A stretch of DNA of 64,000 nucleotides from Kondoa subrosea (GCA_039545335.1 BCIN01000002.1:1129118-1193117), one strand, 5' to 3'. Numbered from the stretch's first letter, positions 13,957-27,644 are shown. The notes: a model not told the origin generated them from the sequence alone. Numbers and translations are program-made.

Positions 13957-14402
13957 ATTCGAACGCACGTCTATGAAACTTTCGCATAAAACTGCATTTT
14001 TTTTTGGATAATATCAAACATGCGAAAAGAATAACTGCTACAGCTTTTTTATGGACTACAACAAACATGGCAAAACAACAACAAAAGGATTGTTATTCGT
14101 ACGTCTACATTTTGGTTGTCTGACCGTTTTTTACCAATAACCTTTTCAGTTCTTTTGCGTAGCTGGGTTTTGGATGATGATGTACATTTGAAGTCTGGAG
14201 AGCGAAGAAGACACAAGTGGTTTTGAAGGGTGGAAGATTGTGCCGCCAAGAGAAGGGTTTCTTGCGATGTTTTGAGAAATATAGTACAGGAGAAAGAAAA
14301 GTTGAACTTGTATCTGCGGGTCATTTCGTTTGGTTTACATTGAAGTTGTATTGAAGGAAATTGGACCAGCCAAAATTGATCTTCATTTATCATGAGCGAA
14401 GC

Positions 14403-16182
14403 TCAGTCTTCATGACGAGTGAAAGAAGCTCTAGCGAAAGATTGCGGTCGAGGAGCAGCGAGTGGAGGCATGGCCTGAAAAGTAGAAGTAGAAGCGTACT
14501 GTTGAGGAACAGGTCGAACAGCGCCAGGACCAGTAGGGACTTGTCGGATTGGAGCAGAGAAGTAGTGGCCTGGCAAGCCTTCTCCTCGCTCGATAGGAAG
14601 AAGAGGTGAAGATGGTTCAGCTTCTCTATACTGGAAGCGTTCTTGAGAGTGCCGTTCTTCCTGCCAATGTCTTTGAGGTGGAAGAGGGTAAGCAGTCCTT
14701 GCGGTTGATGGCGACACATAATTAGATCGGAAGTTGGCTTGAGATTCATAGTATTGCTCGCTTCTTGGTTCATAGCGCTGTCCTTCGTGATTTGGGCCCC
14801 CCTGAAAGTACTGGGATTGAGCACGGCGGACAGAACCACTAGAGTAAGAGAATGGCGCGGCCAAGGTTTGATGGACTTGCTGCGGCCGGTACAAGTCTTG
14901 TGCAGGAATTTCATACTGTTGATAACGAGAACCAATAGATTGAGGTGATGTTCCTGACCAGCAGGCATACCATAGCGGAAAGGGGTGTTGCCCTGTTGCT
15001 CGAACTGACTGCCTGCCGAAGAGGAAGATCTTGCACGAGGGCCTGCAGCGGACTGGGACGGAATCCATGCCATCATAGCGCTGGGAGAAGGGAACATCGT
15101 TGAACGGGAAGGAGATTCAGAATAAGGCGAGTGTATTGCGCTGTTCAAAGGGGAGAAGGAATGATCCTCGAAGCGATCAGACAATCGACTGAGCTTAGAA
15201 TTCGGGTCCATGATAGGGGATTGGATGTCAGAGCTGCCAGAGCTGTCCACACTGATCGCATCACTTGAAGCTGAAGAGCGTCGAGAAGAAGAGCGTCGCT
15301 TTGGAACTGCTGGCTTTCCTTTCTTGCTCTTTTTCCCGGTAGAATTGGCCTTACGCTTGAAGACGTAGTCTGGATGAGTTCTATGAAACTATGGAAGCCG
15401 AAGAGAGTCATCAACGAACTGGAGATGCTGTCGACGAAGATGAAGACTCACCTCAGTTTTCAGTACACGAGCGTGCTCATGATACACCCTCTTGTCTACC
15501 TAGCAAAAGTATCAGCTTGAGCATATTAAAAAACGGATTTTGAAAACTGACTTCTGTCATGTCTTTCCATTCTGTGCTTAAAATGCTTGAAATCTCTCCT
15601 GTCTTCATGTTTATATTCTGTCGTTGAATTTGTGGACGACGATGACGGCTATCAGACAGAGTATCAGTGCAACTGCCTTTTTCCAAGACCGCAGCAGAAC
15701 ATACGAATAGATCATGAAGGCGTTCTACGGCATGTCGATGAGTATTGAATCAGGATGGAAGATTTTACTCACCATAGGTCTTTTTGGCTGTCCATCAGAA
15801 TGCAAATCTTGATGAAGCAAGTCTGGTCTCATCGATTGACCGAAATGATCCAACAACTGCTGAGAAGAAGCGGAAGAAGAGGTAGATGTAGTAGCCGAAT
15901 CAAGACTGGATTCGCTGCTTGCATATCCAGATCTGTATAGAGCTTGATGTTCGTCTGTCTTAGAACGTCAGATCAATCTATCTGTGCTGTATGAGACTCA
16001 CTGAATGGTGCAGCAAGACCAGCTCCAGCCGACTCTTCAGGTCGTGATTGAGCACCATGATAGAGTTCATTCAAAGAAGGCTGCGCTGAGAACCGAGGTC
16101 TGCTTTCAGGTCTTGTCCACTCTGGCCAATCTGGTGATTGCATAGAAGGAAGAGTTTGACCTTGATTGATGAATCGGTCCAT
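14403..16182 (-). CDS. Sequence-specific HMG-box transcription factor (SOX/MATA-HMG type)
   Basis: Spliced HMG box PKRPM|NAFMIYS|RHRRPQIQRQNINMKTGEISSILSTEWKDMTE|EDKRVY..HPDYVFKRK, then a Ser/Pro/Gln-rich tail. Start codon uncertain; a 5'UTR intron lies upstream. Confidence 0.82.
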
Positions 16183-16814
16183 CTCTGCTTTCACTAGACC
16201 TGTTAATAAGAGTCAGAAGGCTATATCGATATGTAGGTAAAACCTTACACACCCCGTACACCAGCTTGGTGCCCTACGGTCTCCTCTTGAGATGCTCTGA
16301 GACGCTCTGAGATGGCTGGGCAAGAAGAAGAAGAAGCGTGCCGTCTTAACGTGAAGCGTTGGAAGTCGTCGCCGACCAAATTAATAATGTCGATTTCGAT
16401 TCGTTGAACGGTAATTGATTGAAGAGGGTAGAAAAGCGAGATGAGAGAAAGAGCAAGCTGCAAGCTCTGGTAAACAGTAGCGGCAGCATATCCCGCCTTC
16501 GAAGACTTGTTTCAAGTGACTGAACGCCTTTCTGCGTCAGTGCAGATTGCAGGTGAAACATGATCTAGAAAGCGCTGCATCGCCGCGGCTTTGCGCAGAA
16601 GCAGAAGCAGCTTCGCTTGCCCAGATTAAGGAATAAAAGCTTAAAATCTTCGAATCATTTACATTGCGTAGAATGGCAATAAGGAGGTTGACGACGTCAT
16701 AGCAAAGGACGACGAGCCCAAGTCTGGGCAAAACAGCGCGTATAATTCAAGGCTCGAGATATTGGAATAAGTTCTTCGACATCAAGCAAGCTGACTTGAA
16801 GAAGTCGACAGAAG

Positions 16815-17655
16815 ATGGAGACTTGGACAATGAAAGGCATGCCAGAGGAGCTGAGGAGCGTGTGTCTGGGCTTATTCGACGAGGTATGCTCTGCCTCCAC
16901 GCAGATGCTCGACATCTAACAAGTAATTCAAGATCACAAATGGAGAGGTTCTGCAGAAGCGCTTAATTGGTAAGATTGCATGCTCTCTAGCATACTGAGC
17001 TTATCCGAAGTGTATTCAGCTGCTAGCCGTTTGGAAGGAGAAGAAGGCGATCTGGAACGGGCTGCAGTCGATTTCTGTTTCTTGGACGCAAGCAAGGTAA
17101 GCTCCTCCTTCACCTCATCGTAATGTCTATTGACTGTCATTGAAAGATTATATCGACGCAACATCTCTTCGCAGCGGTTTATGCATCGCTTCTAGCAGCA
17201 GCATCGCAAACTCTTCGGACTGCAACAATTGTACGTTCTGCTTTGATCATAGGAATCAGTCACTTAGCGATACTGTAGCACTCGGAGATCCTCTGGAATC
17301 TGACCAGTAAGTTTGCGTTCATCTCCCTTGATTGATCTACTTATGTCTCTGCCTTTCAGCATCTTCCAACATCGCAGACTCGATAAAGGCTTTCGGAGTC
17401 AACGCAAAGACCAAGACTCTTCTTCTCGTACATATACCCTCGAAAGCAAGCGATCCGCAGACAATCGCACGCCAAATGCAAGATCTAGCAGCCACAACGT
17501 TCGCCCCATTCGATCAACTAGGAAAATTCGCCTCTGTTCCAGCGATCAAGAAGATCTATAAACTAGGAGCGGACAAAGCTTTATTGGCGGAAGAAATCAC
17601 ACCTCGCTTGACGAATATTGTGTCCTCCCTTGTAGCGTCCAAAGCAGCAGCCTAG
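16815..17655 (+). CDS. CGI121: KEOPS/EKC complex subunit Cgi121 (TPRKB)
   Basis: METWTMKGMPEELRSVCLGLFDE.., HSEILWNL..SSNIADSIKAFGV, IKKIYKL, IVSSLVASK match the Cgi121 pattern. Confidence 0.8.
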
Positions 17656-17985
17656 TCTATAGTGAGAAAGAGTGTAGATACCCAAGAGAAAGAGAACACA
17701 ATAATGCAATGCAACCTAACGAGTCTTTTCTACGACGTGTATGTATGAGAAAAAGAGTGTTATGCCCCTTTTGTGAAAAATGCCATTCTGCACCACCTTT
17801 GCTTTTGTACACTTTGATAAGGCCCCGAATCGAGAGAGAGAGAAGCTATAATGATACACCCAAAAAATAAAATGATTGAAGCCGTATTAAGAAAAGGCAG
17901 GCTGTTTGCCTATTTGTACACAGATAGGTTGGCCTAGACAACTTTGAGTCTAGCTACAGTGTACATCAGAACGCAACACTCATTA

Positions 17986-20900
17986 CTAGATCGCTTCTTG
18001 GCTAGCTATTTGGCTTTTCGATCCTTCTTGTTCAGGTACTGGTTCAACAACAGGACTGAGCCCGGGTCGGGCTGAACTGCTTTGCGTAGTAAACAATGAA
18101 CGGTCGTAAGCTAGGGCCGTGTCCGCGTTGACGGAAGGTATTTGACTATCATCCGAATCGCCGAAGTCCCGCATGGAGTCGAAGGTAGCTGGTGTATTGG
18201 TTGTTGAAGGACTGAGCGAATCATTGAGTGGCGGAGTACTTTCAGGTACAGATCCATCGTGACTTTGCTTGTGTTCGATGCGCAAACGCGAAGCTACCCG
18301 AGCTGCTTGTGCTTGACCTGCTTGTCGCGAGAAGAAAGAGGAGGAGGAAGAGGTCGGAGAAGCGAAGGAGCTGAGAATTGACATTGAGCCCCATTGGGTA
18401 AGCTTGCTGGCAAGCCATTGAAGCGGCACTGGTTTCGTAATGAAATCGTTACAACCAGCAGCCAGAGCGGCCAATCTGTCCGAATTTTGCGAAGAAGCTG
18501 TCAGAGCCACAATGATGACAGGAAGTTGATGAGGCGAGGTAACAGGTGTAGACCGCTGTGAGGGAGCTAATTCGAAGGCTTTATCTTCGGTTTTTGGCGT
18601 TAGTAAACTTCGTATATTGTTGGCTTGCTCTGTCGCACGGATTTCCATTGTTGCCTCGATACCATCCTTGACTGGCAGCTGGATATCCATCTGAAATAAA
18701 GTTCATACATCAGACGATATTCTTGATCGCCGAGAAATCAATGCTCACCAAGACCAAATGAAAGGCTCCAGCTTTCCACTTGTCGACTGCTTCCTGACCA
18801 TTATTCGCAACTGCATATCTAATACCCTTGCGCTTCATGAAAGTCGACAAAATAGTTTGATTGATGATGTTATCTGTTATGAACCTAATAAGGGAAATCC
18901 CAAGAACAGCGAAAGTTGAACCCACCTTCAACGATCAATACATTAATTGGAGGCACTGCTACTACAGCGGTCTTGTTGCGCGTTTTGACTTGTTTCTTGG
19001 AAGTGTTCGAGGCTGATCGCCTACCGCGGTTTTGTATGGCAGGAGGAGCAACTGGAATAGCTTCAACTGGTCCAGCGGGTTCTTGAGCCGGAGGTACTTC
19101 TGTAAGGGTTTTTACGGAGGCTGAGGACGGCAACGGAGGTGGAGGCTTTTCTTCAGTTGGAGAAGGTATGATCATAGGTAAGCGAGGAGGAGATTGCGCA
19201 TTCGAAGAATTAGCTAAAGAAAAGGAAGACAGGTTAGCAGGAGCGGTGGGCATGCGAACGAAACCAGGATGCGTAGGAGATGGCGATGTGCCGTCGGGTG
19301 AGACAGCCATTTCGTTGAGAGGTAAGGCTCTGGCACTTATTTCGCCAGGTGCGCTCGAGCTAGACATCTCTCTATGAACCGATCGAGATAAAATTGGAGG
19401 CGAGAACTGCCGAGTCGAAACAACGGTGACTTGTTCTTCCTCTTGATCCAGTGCATCAGAGCTGTCACGCGTGCTGATATCGAGACTATCTTCGACAGGG
19501 GTTGTAGCTGTATTCGGAGGGTCTTCATCATCGCTATTGCGGGCCGCAAGCTGAACAGGACTTTGACGATCTCTGACCATTTTGCTACTGCTTGTGCTGC
19601 CAGCTCGCGCCACTCTTGCAATGGAAGAGGGCCCTCTCTTCGCCGGTTGAAAGAAGAGACCGGAAGGTTTTCCATCAGGCGATTGCAACAGAATTCCTGA
19701 ACTTGCAGTGGTGCTGAAATCAGGTGTCGTCTTTTGCATGTACTCAAGATATTCTCTAGCTTCCGTTGATGATGCATGTGGACTTGGCGGATTTGAAGAA
19801 GTTTGTATGGTGATTGGTGGTGTAGGTGCTCCAGGTTGAAAAGGTGCAAGTAAGCTGCTAGAAGGTTCACGCTGAGCTTCAGCGAAAGCTGAATCAAAGT
19901 CTTGCTGCAGAGATGCTGCTGGACTAGCTCGACCACTATGCGAGCCAAAATAGAAATGACCCTCCCCTGAGGAGGGTGAAGTTGCGATAGGAGTGAAAGC
20001 TGGGTCCAAGACTGGCTTTCGTACAGCGGTATGGAGAGTAGTGAGTAGTCGACGCGGACCGATCGGTTTGGGCAGAACCAACACTTCAGGTAAAGGAGTC
20101 AACCCACTCGCCTTGCTGAACATTGAGTAAACAATTTCGCGAACATAGCGATAATTGGATGATGACGTGAAGTGGATGATAGCGACCATAGAGGAAGGCT
20201 GCATTTGCCTGATTTGGGCAGTTGATCTTGTTCGTCTGCCTAAACCAGGCCGCCGATGCAGAATAGTATTGTTGAGATGAAGCCCAGGTGCACTCGCCTT
20301 GACGTTGACTAATTGCTTACGAAGAACCGAGACATCATCGTCGATGATTATGAACGAGACAGATGGATCTAGCGGAGCAGCAGCTTTGGCAGCTTCAGGA
20401 AGGCTTGGTGGTTTGCCAGAAGCATCTGGCGTGCCGCTTGGTGGACTTTGACTATCACTGCCACCGAAACCAGAATCCAATCTACCAATCGAGTTTCTCG
20501 CTTCAGTGTTTCTTCTACCACTTTTGCTGTTTTCACTTCTTGAAGGTTCAGATTCTACTTCGGCAGCTGGATCTTCGATTACGGAAGCGATATGACTGAC
20601 ATCCATACCCCAACTTGTCAGGTAACCAGTAAGATGCTTCGCAAAAACACTGCTTTCTGATGAGTGTAGTACAGCCTTCTTCCTCTTGAGCGAATTGTCG
20701 GCAAAACGGAACAAATCAGTCAGAGAAGGATCTTTCGGTGGGTCAATACTCTTCCGTCTAGGTCGAGGAGGCATAGTAGATAAAGGAGTTGGAGGTGGAG
20801 GAGAGGTTGGTTCAGTAGATAGAGGCGGTAGATATTCCTGAAGACGGGTAGTCACTGACCAGCTCATTCTTGAGTCGCTTTCAATGATACCACTGCTTAG

Positions 20901-22731
20901 AGATAGGTCGAAAGTGTGCAGTAAAGCAGCAATGAGCGGTTCTCGAGCAAGAGTGTCGACCGCTCCTGCTTCAGGTGTAGGATAGGCAGGAGAGAAAGTT
21001 TGAGTGATTGTCAATGCCATGAACCAATTTCGAGGTTCTCGAGTACTTTCGGCATCTGACATGGCCGATTTAGAAGAGAGGTTGGTACGGCGGCGTACGA
21101 GGGGTTCGCGAGGCGGAGTAAGTTGTAGCCCAACCTCGATAGTCGCTAGAGGTTTCGTTTCGGCTATGATATGGCTTAAGATCTGGTGAAACGATCATTC
21201 TTCACAATCAGTCATCGCCGGTTTCGGTTACTGATCGAACTCACAGCAGTAATTGCTAGACCAAGACCAATCTCATCACCCTTGCATTGCAACTCTTGAA
21301 TACCGGATTCCATTTGCACCGCTTTCTGCCTATCATTCTGTGCTGGATGATCACCGTGGTATAAAACCAGTTCAATTCCCATATGTGCAGCATAACTGCC
21401 CAGGACATCCGCAACCCCTTGGATCATAGCACCCACTTCAAACACGCCAGGCGACACTCGAGGTAATTCTTCTCCTGAGGAAGCTATAGTTTGTAAAGGG
21501 GGCCGACTTGTCCGCGCTCTTTGAGCCAAAGGTGATTCGATCGTTTTGGTATTCTCTTGAATCCAGTCCATTGTACACAGGATGCGCCAAAGAGCAGCAA
21601 TATTGGTTGCTGGAAGAGGTAAAGCAGAAGCTGCCAATTGCTCGCTATTACCTATGTGTAGGGAGGTTTGAGTTCGACTAATGCTTTGCGACAGAGGTCC
21701 AGAAGATACAGTTGTTTGTTGGTGGGAAGATGAAGATGTAGGACCATATTCGGAGCTGGAAAGATAGGTTGCTAAAGAAGTAGTGCTAGGGATGTTGTGA
21801 CTGTATCCCGGTCCGATAGAATAAGGTGACTGGGTGCTGGCAAGGACGCTTGCCGGAGCTAGCTGTGTCAAAGCCAGACAGGCAGGTTGCAGAAAGAGAG
21901 TCATTAGGCTTCGCTGAATGCTAAGCTGATGTGCCAGCGCTGACTCCGCCACTTGATTTGGAGGTGAAGCTCTTGGTGTGATTGCACCAAAATAAGGATT
22001 CTGCTGCATTGGCGTGACATCGCTACGATCTTCCGCAGATGAAGTCAGAGTTCGAAGACTATTACCCCCGCTGTTGCTGTCATGCAAAGAGGCAGTCTGG
22101 ACCAGCAGTAAATCTCTTCTTGCGACTGCACCTGGGCTACTAGGCGTTGGTGATGCAATAGGCGTGCTTTGAACGGAGCTGAAAGACGCTGAAGATTCCT
22201 TCCTTGATGATGTACTTCTTCTTGGAAACAAAGGGCGACCAACGCCCAACTTATTGCGCATTGTACTACCCAAGGAACTCTTTGACTTGTTCTCTGGCCT
22301 TACTTTAGGCAATTTTTCAGTCGAAGGCATATTATTTAGGGAACTGGTGGGAAGAGCCATTCTTTCTACGGAGGGCTTCGGTGAAGGTGATTCAACAGAC
22401 ATTGTAGATAGTCTAGGGGATGGAGAAGAAGGACCAGGGCCTGTGGTCGATACCGTTGTAAGGCGACTGTCTTGCGAACCCTCGCCCACACGTTTGCGCT
22501 TCTGTCCATTCTCCCAATCGGAATCCGAATGAGACCTACTGAGAGGTGGTCTGAGATTTGCTAGCCATCGAGACAAGAAGCCTTCTAAGCAAAAGTAAAG
22601 CATCAATGGCCTGATTAGCACCGAAACACTTGATTTCAATGTGCATTGAGCGATTTACCTGATTGCGGATTATTATTCGCTGTAGATGTAGAAGATGCAA
22701 GCGAGGGCTGGTCAGCTGATGGGGAAGCCAG
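17986..22731 (-). CDS. SSK1: Ssk1-type two-component response regulator (HOG pathway); start uncertain
   Basis: C-terminal receiver PPINVLIVE|DNIINQTILSTFMKRKGI..NGQEAVDKW..FHLVL|MDIQLPVKDGIEAT..IIVALTASS..DRLAALAAGCNDFITKP with the phospho-acceptor Asp. Central FAKHLTGYLTSWGMDVSH and PKPIGPRRLLTTLHTA blocks. Confidence 0.9.
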
Positions 22732-23016
22732 CTTGACAGCTTAGCGATGCAGCGATGAAAGGCAAAAGCAGGAACTCGACAAAGCAAGCCTAAATAAAGA
22801 GCCTTGACAAGGTATAATACGGTCAGGCGTAGTGCAAGGGTAGTCTAGTCCAGTGCTGTGATGGGTATTTACACACTCCGAGAAAGTCGCTGCTTGAGGT
22901 CTACTGCACACCAAGATTATTTCGCTTACAACCGCATCGATGAAATTGAATGAATTCGGCTTCGGTCATGTCATTATGCATCATGCTGTTTACACCTATA
23001 TTGATACACCGACCCC

Positions 23017-24624
23017 CTACATTATCGCTTTCCGCTTGCGGATCGGCGTATCTGCGTCTGAAGAAGCGAAATTGATCACGCTTCTTTTCGCTTTCAATTG
23101 TTGTTCCATCTCTTGCAATTCACGGATTGTCTCCCGCGCTTCGCTGTCGCCTTCAGGTGCAGTAAACGATCTTGATTTGCTAAGCATAGGAGGATGAAGG
23201 CTTCTTGCAGTACGAGGTCTTCTCAGAGATGCTGTCCGTGTTCTGTTGCCAATAGCGTCTTGCTCTCCTACTTTTTCCGTCAAATCGTTCGTGAAGGTAT
23301 CCAGCCTTAGTTCTCTTTGTCGGATCGAGTTCGGATCAGCGGTGCTTGGTCTGCTTTGACTGGGGATCGGGATTGTTGGACTTCTGATATGTATGGGAGA
23401 ATCCCGGTCATTTCTTGAAGAGATGCTTGCAGGTCGAGATTTGATTTCCAAGTTCGGAATCCTTTGACCTTTGTTAGCTGCTATAGTCCTTTTGATGACT
23501 GAAAGCTCATGATGTCAACACTTGGAGACGAACAAAGAAGTCGCTGGACCTACCAGCTTTCCTCCAAGCCAACTCTTTCGCTTCATGAGAACTTCGACTC
23601 ATAATCCCTTCCGGTCCTAAAACTCTAGCCAGATCCTTCATTTCAGATTCCGAACGTGTTCTTATCACTATTTCATGGGTTGTCAGACGAAGCACAAGTA
23701 TCCTGGCGCTCGCAGCGCCCATGTTCTTCTCGAGAGGTGCGTTCACGGCCGAAACAGGTAAAAAAGAAGAGGAAAGAGCTGGTAGGATATAAGTTGCTGT
23801 GCCCTCTTTTATCTTGCCATTGATCGAGGAGACAGGAGTAAGAAAAAGTTGATGGTTATATACAACTAGAGAAAAGGCTCGAGCAGGTCCATTGATAGCC
23901 GGAAGTTGCTCAGGTGTGGCAGTGTTGCGTGCTGAAATGATCGCAAAGACATTAATCTGTAATATAGGTAGAGGAGAGAGCCCAAGCTGATAGATTGTTG
24001 GTCCTCGCCGTTGGAGCTACGAATTCTCGAACATGAGTCGATGGTCATGTAGCTGTCACTTATAGATTCGGCTCACGACAAGCATGTCATACTCAGGACA
24101 GACATCGTGAATGATTTGCGCATCATGTAGATAGAAGCCATTTGCGCAGCTAGACAAGATCCAGTTCCCACCTTCTTCTCGATTGCGTTCTCTGTGTGGA
24201 CTCTTTGAGCTCTTCTTGGCTATTGTTCGAGTGCTCAGGGAAGCTGTGGACTGAGTAGCCTTATCTTCAGGAATATGGGATGTAAATGGAAGCGATTCGT
24301 CAGACTGTGAAGTCGGTGTGATTTCTAGTTCGTTGGCGTCGTTTCGTGAAATGATCTGCATCAATAATCAGCGGAATAGGCAATCATTCTTGAAGCAGAT
24401 TGGAGCAGACTTGCCTCAGCTCGTCGGAGGACCAGATCCTTGATGTGCTTGACTTGCGCACACGGGTGAAGACTCAGATTGATCCATCGGCTGCAGAAGT
24501 CTGTCAACAGCGGCCCCTAAGACAGAGAGCGTCTCAACTCGAAAGGAACCACAATCACGACAACCTGAATGGGTTTGATTCTCAGAGAATCAGGCAAGGG
24601 ACCAATCGAGAAAGAGTGATCCAT
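23017..24624 (-). CDS. Hypothetical protein, possible ubiquitin-like fold plus PH-like domain
   Basis: Manual splicing from ATG 24624 gives WINLSLHPCAQVKHIKDLVL..WILSSCANGFYL..YDMLVLQRR, then ..ILVLRLTTHEIVIRTRSESEMKDLARVL (PH-like terminal strand and helix) and a Ser/Arg/Pro-rich tail. Confidence 0.6.
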
Positions 24625-25001
24625 TTCAAAACATACACAAGGAAGGTAAGAGGAAAAGAGAGAGAGAGAATCTCGTGAGAAAGGAAAGAGAAGCACCGTT
24701 AGTCCAAGCAGTCTCGCGTTTTCAACAATCAGAAGACGTCTTCTTGCGAGAGCGAGAGTAGGCAGTAACAAAGGAAATCAGCGTAGGTGGCATGTCCTCC
24801 TGCTACCAACTATGAGAATTTTAGGTAACCACTCGCGAATAAAATGCAATAGTTTGTGATCGTCGAGTAGCTGCACTCCTCACATGGTTACATCGTTGAG
24901 GCGATATCTCTGCCCATACAATTATACATATAGACATGTTAAACATCCACAGCGCTTCGCAAGCGCATGCTGCGCAGTCAACTTCAGTGTTAAATGATAA
25001 A

Positions 25002-27297
25002 TCAAAGATTCGGATACAATTTGCCTGCACGACGAAGAGGTCAGGGGCAGCTGATAAGACGAACGGTAATACAGCGTACCTGGATTGCAGATGTTTTGCG
25101 GATCAATCAATTTCTTGATCTGTTGCATAAGCTGAATCGTCTCTTTTCCCAATTCGGCCTCAAGATATTCCTTCTTCCCTAAGCCAACCCTACATAAGAT
25201 GTCAGAATCAGTAGAGAGGTGGGAGATATTACATACCCATGCTCGCCAGTGCAAGCTGTACAACTCTCATCAGTGCTGTTTGATGCATAGTTTTGGAGGG
25301 CTCACTTCCGCCATGCGCTTGTGCAGCCACGACCATATTCTTAACGCATACTTTCGCTCTTGCTTTCTCTTCTTCGTCTCGATACAGAATCAGAGCATGT
25401 ATATTACCATCACCTGAAAAATAAAAGGATAGGTAATTGGCTTTGAAAGGAGATATAACGATTTACCTGCATGCCCTACTATTGGTGCTACGAGATTGGC
25501 TGACTTGAGATCTTCTTGTATATCCTGCTTTAGGTATTAGTCGATGTTCAAGCAAGGTTACAAAGACTGACATGAACAGCTTGAGGTAAAGCGGAAAGCG
25601 GAACGCATATCTATAGAGCAGCTTAGGCGACCACCAGATCAAAGAAGAGACAGAACATACATCGGTAGTGATGCATCTCGACCCCGGCACTGATGTACAA
25701 AGTTAGTCGGGCAAAATCACACAAAGGAGCGCTCACAGTACTGTAAAGCCGACCAAAGAGCTACTTTCCGAGTATGCCAGATGTCTGCCTTTTCAGCTTC
25801 GTCTTTTGCGAAAACCAGCTTGGTTCCTTTATGCTTGTTGAAGATCTTCTCAGTTGTTTTGATCTGTTGGCCAATTTGCTGATCGTCTGAACCTTGCCAT
25901 TTGATGAACAGCGCGGTCTTCTCTGGCCATTGCCTCGAAGAAGGATTGGCTGCGTTGACGGCTTTGATCATCAACTGATAAAGCTCAGGTCAGAATATGA
26001 TTTGGGAGATATGCAAAAGAAGAACACACTTCGTCGAGCAATTCTATGCATTGGATTTGAGTCCCAGCCTGTACAACCTCGGCTACTGCGTCTGCCGCAC
26101 TCTGGATATCCGGGAAAGACGATACCCCGACTGAGAAGGGCAGAAGAGGAACGACTTTGACGCAAACGTCAACAACTAGTCCAAGAGTTCCTTCAGCACC
26201 AATGAACAGTCGACCAAGATCCATTCCAGCAGAACTCTTCCTATCGACGATAATGGATACAGTAAACGGTCGTTATAAGGAAAGCTTACTTCGCTCTAGA
26301 GCGAGTCTTCATTATGTCCCCATTAGGTAGAACAATAGTCATGCTTAGCACATTTTCTCTCATCGTGCCGTAGCGCACAGCATTTGTTCCGCTTGCTCCC
26401 GTGCCTACCATTCCGCCTAGGGTAGCACCAGGTCCAGGATCAACCGGAAAGAGTAGTTTCTTCTCCTTGAGTATTTCGTTCAAAGCATCGTACGAGATTC
26501 CAGGCTGAACTACTACATCCAAATCTCGTTCATGAATATCAATAACTTGATTCATATTCTCCGCGAAGTCTATTGTGAAGGAAAAGCCTGCCTTAGGGTC
26601 TTTGACTGTCGAACCGGAGGAAGGGTCGGTCGCGCTATCGGGACTATTGAAGTGACCTTCGAGAGAAGTACCGCCTGAGTACGGAATAATAGGAATGCAG
26701 TGTTTGGCTGCTATTTTGACGATGGATTGAACATCTTCGATTGATCGAGGGTAAAGCTAAAGAAGAGTTTAGGCGAATTTACATACTTGCGGTGGGAATA
26801 ATCAACGCACCACTACTCCTGGCAGACTTTCTGGATCATGATAACTCCATTCTGTTGTACCATGAGACAGCAGATCGTGCTCTTCCGTAGACATGCAGCT
26901 GTATAATCAATCAAACATAGCTTCAAAGTATGTTGACATTAGACCAACTCTTCAGGTAGAACCTTTCGCAGACTCTTGAGTGCAGCTTGGAACGCCTTCC
27001 GCTTATCGTCGGGCGAGTTCTGGAGTTCACTTCGAGAAGGAAAGACAAGTGAAGAAGCGACTTTGGGCTTGTCTTCAGCTGCGGCCGGCGGTTGGACAAG
27101 CAATGGGAACACAGCAAAGGCGCCGATCGTCTAAACAGGCGACAAGCGTCAAAACCGAGAACCAGGAGAATGCGGAGTAGTGGAAGTACAATCATGGATG
27201 CAGCTAGCACTGCTACTCGAGCTTCTCGGGGAACAGTCCAATGTCTACTTGACGCCTGAGAAGTCAGCCTGCGGACATGTCCAAGCCGAGCTTTCAT
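25002..27297 (-). CDS. DLD1: Mitochondrial D-lactate dehydrogenase (cytochrome), FAD-linked oxidase family
   Basis: PYSGGTSLEGHF, FPVDPGPGATLGGMVGTGASGTNAVRYGTMREN, LFIGAEGTLG, GHAGDGNIH, CTGEHGVGLGKK, DPQNICNPGK. Confidence 0.93.
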
Positions 27298-27613
27298 TGC
27301 TTGCTGCAAGTTTCCTGCAAGGGGTCTTTTGAAAACGATCACAGCTAAACGAATCTGTGCTCAGATGGATGATATCACCGTTTTGGTATACTCCTCGAGG
27401 GTTGTCTACAGCAGTAGAGGAAGAAGAAAAGAGCTGTTCGCCCTCGCAATGGTTCAAGAGCAAAGCACACATATTCATTTAGCGGGCTTATATGCTCGCT
27501 AATAATACGTCGAGGACTGCAAGAAGCAGGCAGCAACATCATGCAGGCAGCCTGATGACGGCCTAGATACTAGCAGAAACGAGTCGGACATTCGAAGCGG
27601 ACTCGGATTGGAC

Positions 27614-27644
27614 AGCTTCGAGACTGTAGCTTCGAGACTGTAGC
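27614..27644. repeat. Short direct tandem repeat (AGCTTCGAGACTGT x2) in the DLD1/F-box divergent intergenic region
   Basis: agcttcgagactgt agcttcgagactgt agc is seen directly. Confidence 0.85.

Noticed and set aside
12909..17655. KTI12 and CGI121 (both tRNA-modification factors) within 5 kb; also hydratase and HIBADH (valine catabolism) in one window
   Set aside because: Unrelated genes lie between them, and such proximity is expected by chance in a dense housekeeping region without synteny data.
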